Part shown: positions 12,532 to 21,861 of the stretch, one piece after another | Layout of the letters: each line of letters begins with the position of its first letter | Position numbering within the stretch: position 1 is the first letter of the stretch | NCBI GenBank assembly: GCA_028534125.1 | Contig: CM052816.1 | Span: 11,038,001 to 11,102,000 of the forward strand | Length of the DNA: 64,000 nt | Source: Lama glama | Taxonomy: Eukaryota | Direction of reading: 5' to 3' | Made by a program: the position numbers and the translations under genes | The notes under the pieces: model-generated | The model's database searches: none | Told to the model about the DNA's origin: nothing | What the model saw: only the letters and a program-made list of their open reading frames with translations

Positions 12532-13384
12532 AAAATTATCTATGTGTATAAAATGTATTTGAAAATATGCATATGGAGGTATCTGGGAAGTAACACATCT
12601 CACATTTCCTGTGCAGCCTTCCCTCAGAAACCCGGGAACTCTCCTGCCTCTCAGCTTTTAAACCCTTTTCCAGATTCTGTCAGTGACTTATATTCCCTAG
12701 AGTTTCAGGGAAGTACCTCACAGGCCACAGCATTAAATGAGGGGGGTCCTTGGAAAATGGTACCGTGATTCCATCCAACACTTGCTTCAAACAGAACAGC
12801 TCCCCTTTTATCTGTCAGTTATCGGGCTTCTGCCTATGATTTCATCTGAAAGAATGTTTTCCACAGCTAAACTAAGTGTGAACATCACTGGCCATAACAT
12901 TAACTTGGTACCTTCTTTATAACACTTCCAATGGTATATAGTTTTATGCAACATTACAGATGATCTTTTTGCCAAAGTGCATGATGTTTTCCCAGAATAG
13001 CTCCAAAGACTTGACAGAACCTTAGTCCTACTTCCTTTACTTTCCCAGAATGTCTAGAATATCCTCATTGTTTTACTGAATGATTGAAGAGTTCTTTCAC
13101 ACGGACACCCTTCTCTAGGGCAGCCTGTCGGCTAACCAACACCCAAGACAGTTTCAAAGATGAGGACTCAGTGATCTACAAATTTCAACTGCTTCACCCA
13201 TTACACCTGAAACTGTTTTACTATTATCTCCCACCACAAACGCACATCCTTTTCAGAAGCATTCTCTAAAGCATTAAACAACCATTCTTCAAATGATATT
13301 TGATACCAAACAATTGTCAAATGTAGCAGTATGCTCAAAAGAAATGTAATTATGAGACTGGGCTAAACCCGAACACGAGATACA

Positions 13385-13655
13385 AAAAACTAATGTAAGG
13401 ATTTTGAAATGAGTAGGTTATCCAGTGGGCCCAATGTAATCACAAGAATCTATTATAAGAAGGAGGCATTAGGGGTGGAGTCAGAAGAGAGGTGATGATG
13501 GAAGCGGAGGGGAGGAGGCGGGAGGGGAGGAGGCAGGAGGGGAGGATGCTGTGTTGCTGCCTTTGCAGATAGAGGAAGGGGCATAAGCCAGGAATGGGGG
13601 TGGCACCTAGAAACTAGAAAAAGCAAGGAAACGCTTTCTCACCTAAAGCCTCCAC
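13385..13655 (+). mobile_element. MaLR LTR fragment (MLT1D-like) with an internal ~15-bp purine triplication
   Basis: GGTTATCCAGTGGGCCCAATGTAATCACAAG...AAGCAAGGAAAC motifs. Confidence 0.7.
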
Positions 13656-14428
13656 AGCTGGGCTAACAATAAACTAGTACAGAATACCTGAAAACATCTC
13701 TCAAGAGACTGATGTCCCAGTGGGAGGCTGATCTGGTGGGAAACGCTGAAACCAGAATCAGGAATCCAGGGTCTCTCTCAGCTCAGCTACTAACCAGTTT
13801 TGCAATGACCAGCAAGTCAAAACCTCTGGGGCACTTTCTCTCTTTTACCTCATTTAAAAAAATTTTGTGAAGATAAAAATCATTGACCTCACAAGAATAA
13901 CTAAAAACTTGCATATCTCCATGTCTCAATAACAACTACTGAGCAAAAGGTAAACTAACACCTAAAGTAGAAAAGTTTTAAACTTAAAGAATTTCCAGAA
14001 CTTACAAAGATTTGCAAAAAGGGACTGAAGAGTGGTAAAGGTTTTTGTTTTGGTGCACTCAGCAGAAAAGTTAATTGACAAATATTTTGTACCCAGTTTG
14101 AAATATCTGAAATCAAATTCCAGCCTGCCTGTCCCTCCATCCAAACATCTCTCCAAGATCTGCAATACAATATTTCATTATCGGGGATTTTTTAAAAATC
14201 TTTTTAACTTTTTTTCCTCCCAAGAGTAAACATGAACGGCAAAACCTACCAACAGAAGCGCTGCATCTCCCATGTTAAAAAGGAGGGCAGAGTCAAGGCT
14301 CTGGGGTGAGGTCTTCTCCTTCCCAGTGTGCCCCCAGGAGACCTGGTTCACAGGGGATCTCTGAACTCTGCACATTCCCTCCCCAGCCCATCCAGTCCTG
14401 AGATGTCTGAATCATGTGTGACGATGCC

Positions 14429-14442
14429 ATGCCACCTGCTGG
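14429..14442 (-). promoter_or_regulatory. CTCF core motif CCAGCAGGTGGCAT
   Basis: 13/14 match to CCASYAGRKGGCRS. Confidence 0.5.
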
Positions 14443-15258
14443 ATCCGGTAGTCAAGTCATGGAAATAGCTCTAGTCGGTGCTGAGGAGAGTATCCATCAT
14501 CACATCTACACTAGCCACTCAGGATGGGCAAGAACGTACCAAGAGTAAAACACAGACAAACAAAAACACCAAATTGTACTTTCAATGGGTGAAGTGTGTG
14601 GTATGTGAATAAAGCTCTTTAAAAAACAAAACGCAGAAGAATTCACTGTACAAGGTGGTCAAAGCAATAAAATCTTCCTAACAACGTGCTTTTCCTCTAG
14701 AGGACAGAACACGTTATTCAATAAGAACCCAGAGCAAACTGTATCCCACAAAAACAAAACAGCCGTAGCCAGAGCTGCACTGATTACATCTAAAGCATGA
14801 CTGTAACCATTTGGGGCTCATATATAATATATATATTAGCCCTTTACTTGCAGTTCTCCTAGGACTGTGGCTTCTACAACAAGCAAATTGCCTTCACTGT
14901 GGGGAAATCAATCCCTCAGACAGTTCTCTCTAGAGCTGTTTTGGATGATCAAGGCCTCTCATTACGTTGTAACAAAAAATCAGAGCCACAATTATAATTT
15001 GCATTATAACAACGTAAAAAGCAAACAAACTCTCACAAAGAAAAGAGATAAAAGAAAATACATCATCAAATCAAAGACAGCTGTGTTTTAATAGGACTAG
15101 AAGTGTTTTGGGTTTTTTTTTTTCCCAAGAAAAGAAAGTTTTAAATTCTACATAAGCGGGCACAATGCAGCTACCTCCTTTTCTTCTTACCATACTCTTG
15201 CTTTCCAAATTTCATCTTCTGTAAGGTCAAAACACAAATTCGGGGGGTTGGGGGTAGA

Positions 15259-15405
15259 GGTAGGGTATAGCTCAGTGGTAGAGTGCATGCCTAGGGTGCA
15301 TGAGGTCCGAGGTTCAATTCCCAGTACCTCCATTACGTAAATAAATGAATAAACTTAATTACCTCCCCCCATTAAAAGAAAAAAAAAACTAACAAAAAAT
15401 TAAAA
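15259..15405 (+). mobile_element. Vic-1-type SINE
   Basis: Same A/B box body and tail as the other copies; A-rich end. Confidence 0.85.
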
Positions 15406-15859
15406 ACACACACACAAGTTGTTAACAAAGGTAAAAAACGCCGAGACATTATGAAGAGCAAAAAGCATTCACCTGGCAGCTGGGATTCCTGGATTCCAGC
15501 TAGTTAGTGCCCAGATACCAAGGAAACAATGACCTACAACAGGTCATTTACATCTTCTGAGCATCTACCTCCACATTTGGAAAGTTGTGACACAGACTAT
15601 CCAAAAGGGCCACTTTCAGATCTAACAGTCTCATTTTTAAGGACAAAGTTCAGGTCTCCCGGCTACCGGTTTGTGGAATTTGAAACACACAGGATGGCCG
15701 CCAAGTCTGGAGACGTATGTAAATGCGTAATAGATGGTTATTGACGTTAAATAACACAAGATAATCATCTATGTTTCCACACCTGACGCCCACTCTGTAA
15801 CGAACAGCACAACCCGTCTTCCTCCATCACCTTCCCTACAGTGGATTCAGCAGCTACCT

Positions 15860-16560
15860 AACCAACCGCAGAAGCAGGACGCCGAGGAAGGGGCTGTTTT
15901 GCAGCAGCGGCCCCTCGGACTCAGCCAGACCTTCGCAACACTGACCTTAGAGACGGACGGGCACTCAGCTTGGCGCCTGCTGCCTGGAACGACCCTCCAA
16001 AGACACCGGATAATGGAACACGCCATTCAGGGAGGCCCCTCAGCAACGAGGAACTGTGGACAAAAAAAACGAGCCCCGTCAGAGGACTAGAGAAAGGAAG
16101 CTTCGGGAGCGCAAGGCCTTCAGCACAGAGGGCAGGACCAACCGCGTCTCAGGGCCGAGCGCCTGCTGGGCCGGTGAAGACGGCGCCAAAGCGAGGGCTG
16201 ACTTCGCCGCCGCCCCTGGAGACAGAGCCGCGCACGCTCCACAGGAGACCGCCGACGGCGCCGGAGCCGCACCAGCCCCACTCGCCCTTCCCGGAGCTCC
16301 GCCCGCAGCCGCAGAGCCCGAGGGCCCGAGCATGAGCACTTACTCCCCGAGACCGGAAGTAAGCCATACTGCTTCCGGTCTCTGATTGGAACAAGCTGTT
16401 CCCCAGTGTCTTGGCTCCAGGTGCTTCTCCTTAAGGCATCCTCAGCCGGTATTCCCGTGGCTCTGTTATCGCTGCTCTCCTTGTTGGTTCGCCTCGCCAC
16501 CTCGATGGTAGCTCCTAGAGAAAAGGGACTCTTCTCCCACCCGCGGTTCCCAGGGGCTCT
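15860..16560. promoter_or_regulatory. CpG island with promoter motifs: GC box 16299-16304, paired ETS sites 16349-16382, CCAAT on - at 16385-16389
   Basis: Sharply GC- and CpG-rich block in an AT-rich, CpG-poor background; motifs read directly; boundaries approximate. Confidence 0.8.
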
Positions 16561-16789
16561 GTACCCCTGTACCCGCTTCTCTGTCCACCCAGGGATCTAG
16601 AGACCCCACTTCTCTTCCAGAACTCATGAAACCAGCTCCCCTCACGAACTCAAAGCTCTAGGACCAATTGTTCCCAGACTCTAATTCCATACCCCACACC
16701 TGCTTCACATAAAATCCTTCGAGCTGAACTCCAAGCTGTGATCCTAGGCGCTCAGTTTCCCCCCTGGAGATAAGCATCATTCAGTCTCC

Positions 16790-17030
16790 CGACTCCCATT
16801 CAGGACCGAGGGGCCCAAGGTGCCCACTTCCTCTCCAGGACCGAGGGATCCCAGATACCCAGCTCCCACTCTAGGCCCAGGGATCCCATATGCCCAGCTC
16901 CTCTCTTGGACCCAGATATCAGAAGCACCCAGCTCTCAGACCCAGAGTATTCCAGGTTCCCACTTAACCTCCTAGACCCAGGTATATCAGGTCCCCAGCT
17001 CCCATTCTAGACTTAGGATTCCAGGTCCCC
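16790..17030 (+). repeat. Degenerate ~35-bp tandem minisatellite, about 7 units, MSR1-like
   Basis: Recurring unit like GACCCAGGnATnCCAGnTnCCCAGCTCCnnTCTA, e.g. ggaccgagggatcccagatacccagctcccactcta and gacccaggtatatcaggtccccagctcccattcta. Confidence 0.65.
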
Positions 17031-17214
17031 CAAAAAGAAGAAATGAAAAAAGAAAACAAAAAGAAAAATATTTGAGCTTTATAGTCCCAGTGTTTGCTGA
17101 AGTGACTTATACCAGCTTCACAAGTGCAATCCTTGGAGAACAGTGGGCATCCCGGAACTTCCTTTGCGGGGCAGGATAGCCTACTGCTTATGAGCACCAG
17201 GTCTGGAACCCCAG

Positions 17215-17430
17215 CTCCGGGGTCAGACCCATGGGGATCTCTATCCTAACCCTTTCATCAACTAGCTGTGTGACCTACATGCTCTCCCTGGGCAAGTTAC
17301 TCATGTCTATGCCTCATGTCACCATCTGTAAGAAGGTAGTAATAGTACTCAAGGAGCTGTCATGAGGATTCAGGGCATAGAACACTTAGCACGGAAGTTA
17401 GGACTCACTCAGTAAATGATTGTTGTTGTT
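17215..17430 (+). mobile_element. MIR SINE
   Basis: ACTAGCTGTGTGACC...GGGCAAGTTACT...CATCTGTAA...CTCAGTAAATG. Confidence 0.7.
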
Positions 17431-18560
17431 AATCACTCTTTCCTGGAACTGAGCTATAAGATAAACTTTCCCTAGTCTTAGGGAGAGCTCACACTTAGCT
17501 CTGCTTTTATCAGAAGCCAATTAAAAGCTTGGCTACTAATTTACTTTGCCTGGGTTTTTTTGAGTATTAAGCTGCCTGAGGTCCCTGGTAACATAATTTT
17601 GTTTTTTTAAAGCCTGTGGCTCAGATTTTCCATTATTGTAACACTCTTTCTCAGATTCCTGGGGGAGTTACTTCTTGACAACATCACAATGGATGGTGGA
17701 TGTCCCTGTCAGGAAAGGTAGTCTGAGACCCAGCTGGGGCGTTTGGCGCTGGTGGCTACACTGTTGCTAGTATCTTAAGCACGTGTGGAAGTAGAGGAAC
17801 CATGCTTAAAGCTCATTTCCAAGCTGAGGAAACCAGGGGTCAGAGGCAACATATACATAGAGAGAGAGAGAGAGAGCCAGGGAGAGACTGTGAGAAAGGA
17901 CAGTGGGAAGACGGGAGACTCAGGATGCTGGAACTTGGAATTTTCTCCCAGGAAGAAAACTCAAAAATTAATTTCCAATTCTCAAATGGTTCAGAAAATA
18001 ATACGTATGTGTATATGCATATATGTAAGTGTGTTCATGTGTATATGTGTGTGTGTGTGTATAGAAACAATTGTGACAAAATGTTAATAATTGGAAAATC
18101 TGAACTAGGTATATAAGGTAATTCTTTGTACTATCCTTGCATTTTTTTCTATAAGTTTGTAATTATTTCAAAATAAAAAGTTAAAATAAATATTCTCCAT
18201 AAGAACATAGGAAACTCCATCTTCCAGCCCTTCAGGCCAAATGCTTTGTCTCCAACTGGAGCACTGGGGCTTTCTTCCCTGAGTCACTTTCAATAGGTTT
18301 GGGGAGAACCACATGGCAGTCTTTAGTTTCTCTCGAGTGTATTAAATATCAAATTCCTATGCTATTGAAGCCTTCTTAAACTTCTTTAGCTTTTTGTCTT
18401 CTATATCTTTAGGAACCTCGAGCATCCCACGTTTATAAGCCATCATGTAAAGTAGTATTTTTTTTTCAGATTCTGAACTGATCTCTTCCATGTACATCAG
18501 GTAGAACTAGCTGATCGTAGCCTGTAATTCACAAAACATTCATTTGCTCTAAGTAACACT

Positions 18561-19011
18561 AGTGAACAAAAAATGCTGAAACCATCAAGTCATCAGTGGC
18601 TGCCGCCACTCCACAGTGAAGATAAGCCTGCAGCCTGGCCTCTGCAGCCGCTCACAATGGTGCGCTCTGAAGGGACTCAGAATAAGAAAGGACAGGATAC
18701 TGGCCCTAGATGGCTAGGTGCTTGTCAAAGGAGTGAATTCAATGAGCCCAAATTGCTCCCTCCCATACATAGAAAAGCACTACATTCTTTAACTTGAGAT
18801 ACCTGGTTTTCTTCAGTTAACAAGTAATCTTTTAATGTTCCAACTTCCTGGTCTTTGTTGTAAAACTCCTATATATCCTGGCTCCTCTTCTACCTCTTCG
18901 GAGCAGTCCCTCAGAGCGATCTGAGAGGTCTGAGAGGCTGTCAACCCGGGCTGAGTCCTCAGAGTTGTCCACCGAATAAAACCCTAGGTTGTGCATTTAT
19001 TTCAGTCGACA
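18561..19011 (+). mobile_element. Endogenous retrovirus solo LTR (ERV1-class by TSD length)
   Basis: 451 bp ending ...GTCGACA; 4-bp TSD CACT at 18557-18560 and 19012-19015; TATA box 18870-18875; AATAAA 18975-18980. Confidence 0.75.
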
Positions 19012-20022
19012 CACTCAAGGTATTTCTTTGCATATATCCCCACTCCTTGTAAGGTGATGTGGGGCCTCTTTACCGCCAGAAGTGGTTCTAGTGAGATTTT
19101 AGGATATTTCATTGTCCGCAGCACTAACTGGGGGTTACTGTAAATTGCTGAGATAAGATGTCACCCCAGTTTACTCTTTCATAAGGACAACCACTTCCCA
19201 GAGAAAGGGAAAGAAAACAGAAAAGGAAATCCAGCACCACTGGTGGCTTTCAGTAGTGAGTACTTATTTATTGAGTCAGTACTTATTGGCTGAGTTCTGG
19301 GTCTTTGAGGAATTTTTTAATGTTATTCTTAGTTTCCAGAGAATAACTGAGGAAAGCAGAGTCAAGTATCAGAACTCAGAGGTCAGACCCCCAGCCCAGC
19401 ACAATCTCCACTAAATGACACTAAGCATTTCTGATTCAGCCACAGAGTAGGACACATAATCATTTCAATTCCACAAACCCTTTTCCCTGGACCATTCTGG
19501 CTCCTCTGATCCCCTTCAGTGTATCTTTCCACTTCCCATTATAAAATTTCAAAGTTCTAGAATCATTTTATCCAATAATTTTTTCTTTTCCCAACTTTAA
19601 AATGTCATTTTCTTTAAAATCTCTTAAATGCCTTCTGCACAGAAATTGTTTATTTTTCTTTTATTTCTCACCTCAGTATATCCTTCAGGAATTCTCTCTG
19701 AAAAGAAACCTAATTCATCATTTGGTGGCTTTCATCACTATCACTTGTCTTAAAGTCTTATTAGTATGTTAACCCATTCAAATGCAGTGTGCAAAAATCT
19801 ATAAAAAATTCACAATAGTAGACTAAATTTACAGTAATCCCTAATTAGAATTATTTTTTTAATACCACTTCTTTCTAGCACCTTTTTTTCATTATCCAGC
19901 TCTGTTTGTTTGATCTCAGCCAGGTGTTGATGGGGATGAAGTGGTGGCGAGGGTTGAGTAAAAGAAGAGGAAGCTTATCTCTGCAGGGCGGGGAGAGGGA
20001 ACACAGGGAGGAAGAGCACCCT

Positions 20023-20168
20023 CGGTTCTTAGAACAGTGTGGTCCCCCAACCCACTTATAAACAGCCCCTGGGAACTTGTTAGACATGCAAATTCTTGAG
20101 CCCTTGTCCAGACCTCCTGGATCAAGCTGTGCAGGTGATTCTGATGCATGCTTATGTTAAAAGAACTG
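20023..20168. mobile_element. MER5A-like hAT element about 430 bp upstream of the GPR151 ATG
   Basis: GTGTGGTCC...CTGGGAACTTGTTAGACATGCAAATTC...GGTGATTCTGATGCA. Confidence 0.7.
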
Positions 20169-20598
20169 GGTTGTTTAAGATGTGTTTACTGCAGAGATAC
20201 AGAACACAGTCAAGATTAAGAAACACCTATTTGAAAAGAATTGCCTTGACTGGCTTGAGTATTGAGCCCCCAGGAACATACCCCACTTACATGTATGCTC
20301 CCCTCGTTTATCATTGATGGGTATATTGGGGTGGTTATTTTTATTCCACAGGGCTGACAATTTATTAGACTTGCTAATGAGCAGCAACCATGCATTCCTG
20401 CTGCCTGTCAGTCAGAGCAGCCAAGGTATACCACACAAGGCGAGAAGAGCTTAGCAACCAACCTTCTTCCACAGTCTGCTCTCAGGAAATAAGCAAGGGG
20501 AGGGTCCAGAGGTGTCATTTGACACTGACGTATTTATTTCCTACACAAAAGAGCCCAGGCAGAAAGACAAAGAGAAGCTAACCTCTGCAAGGAGCTGG

Positions 20599-21861
20599 AT
20601 GGAAAAGGGGATGCTGACAGCTGCCTCGGCAGACTCCAACTCCAGCACCATGAACGTGTCCTTTGCTCACCTCCACTTTGCCGGTGGGTACCTGCCCTCG
20701 GACTCCAAGGACTGGAGGACCATAGTCCCAGCTCTCTTGGTGGCTGTCTGCCTGGTGGGCTTCGTGGGGAACCTGTGTGTGATTGGTATCCTCCTTCACA
20801 GTGCTTGGAGGGGAAAGCCATCCATGATCCACTCCCTGATTCTGAATCTCAGCCTGGCTGATCTCTCTCTCCTGCTGTTTTCTGCACCTGTCCGAGCTAC
20901 AGCATACTCCAAAGGTGTTTGGGACCTCGGCTGGTTTGTCTGCAAGTCCTCTGACTGGTTCATCCATACATGCATGGCAGCCAAGAGCCTGACAATCGTT
21001 GCAGTGGCCAAAGTATGTTTCATGTATGCAAGTGACCCAGCCAAGCACGTAAGTATCCACAACTGCACCATCTGGTCGGTGCTGGCGGCCATCTGGGCTG
21101 TGGCTAGCCTGCTACCCCTGCCAGAATGGCTTTTTAGCACCACCAGGCATCACGCAGGTGTGGAAATGTGCCTCATGGATGTACCTGCTGTGGCCGAAGG
21201 GTTCATGTCAGTATTTGGTAAGCTCTACCCTCTCCTGGTATTCTGCCTGCCATTACTCTTTGCCAGCTTTTACTTCTGGAGAGCATATGGCCAATGTCAG
21301 AAACGAGGAACTAAGACTCAAAATCTTAGAAACCAGATGCGCTCAAAGCAACTCACAGTGATGCTGCTGAGCATTGCTGTCACCTCTGCTATTCTGTGGC
21401 TCCCTGAATGGGTAACTTGGCTGTGGATGTGGCATCTAAAGGCTGGAGGCCCGGCCCCACCACAAGGTTTTATAGCCCTGTCTCAAGTCTTCATGTTTTC
21501 CATCTCTTCAGCAAATCCTCTCATTTTCCTAGTGATGTCAGAGGAGTTCAAGGAAGTCTTGAAAAGCTTATGGAAATGGATGATAACCAGAAAACATCCG
21601 ACTGCCTCAGAGCCTCAGGAAACACCAGCGGGTAACTCACAGGTCCTTCCTGACAGTGTTCCATCTCCAGAATCCCCAACATTCAAACCAGAGAAAGAGA
21701 AAACTGGCTCTCCCTCCTCCGGCAAAGAGAAGATTGAGAATCCCATCCTCCCTGATGTAGAGCAGTTTTGGCATGAGAGGGACACTGTCCCTTGTGTACA
21801 GGACAATGACCCTATCCCCTGGGAACATGAAGATCAAGAGACAGGAGATTGTGATAAATAG
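20599..21861 (+). CDS. GPR151: G protein-coupled receptor 151 (orphan class A GPCR), single coding exon, 420 aa from ATG 20599 (416 aa from in-frame ATG 20611)
   Basis: Uninterrupted ORF with 7 hydrophobic segments (GNLCV TM1, LSLAD TM2, LWLP TM6, NPLIF TM7). The N-terminus ADSNSSTMNVSFAHLHFAGGYLPSDSKDWRT and C-terminus DNDPIPWEHEDQETG match GPR151 as I recall it. Lies tail-to-tail with TCERG1 as in human. The ORF-track start at 20512 is a GTG. Confidence 0.97.
   Translation: MEKGMLTAASADSNSSTMNVSFAHLHFAGGYLPSDSKDWRTIVPALLVAVCLVGFVGNLCVIGILLHSAWRGKPSMIHSLILNLSLADLSLLLFSAPVRATAYSKGVWDLGWFVCKSSDWFIHTCMAAKSLTIVAVAKVCFMYASDPAKHVSIHNCTIWSVLAAIWAVASLLPLPEWLFSTTRHHAGVEMCLMDVPAVAEGFMSVFGKLYPLLVFCLPLLFASFYFWRAYGQCQKRGTKTQNLRNQMRSKQLTVMLLSIAVTSAILWLPEWVTWLWMWHLKAGGPAPPQGFIALSQVFMFSISSANPLIFLVMSEEFKEVLKSLWKWMITRKHPTASEPQETPAGNSQVLPDSVPSPESPTFKPEKEKTGSPSSGKEKIENPILPDVEQFWHERDTVPCVQDNDPIPWEHEDQETGDCDK

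Noticed and set aside
15899..16600. Overlapping Ala/Pro/Arg-rich ORFs in the CpG island as proteins
   Set aside because: Expected from stop-codon scarcity in GC-rich DNA; mostly non-ATG starts; no recognisable homology
16790..17030. CRISPR-like repeat-spacer array
   Set aside because: Mammalian DNA; units are contiguous and degenerate with no unique spacers and no cas genes
20512..20598. 29-aa N-terminal extension of GPR151 in the ORF track
   Set aside because: Begins at GTG and overlaps the putative TATA/CRE region; recalled orthologues start at the MEKG or ML methionine
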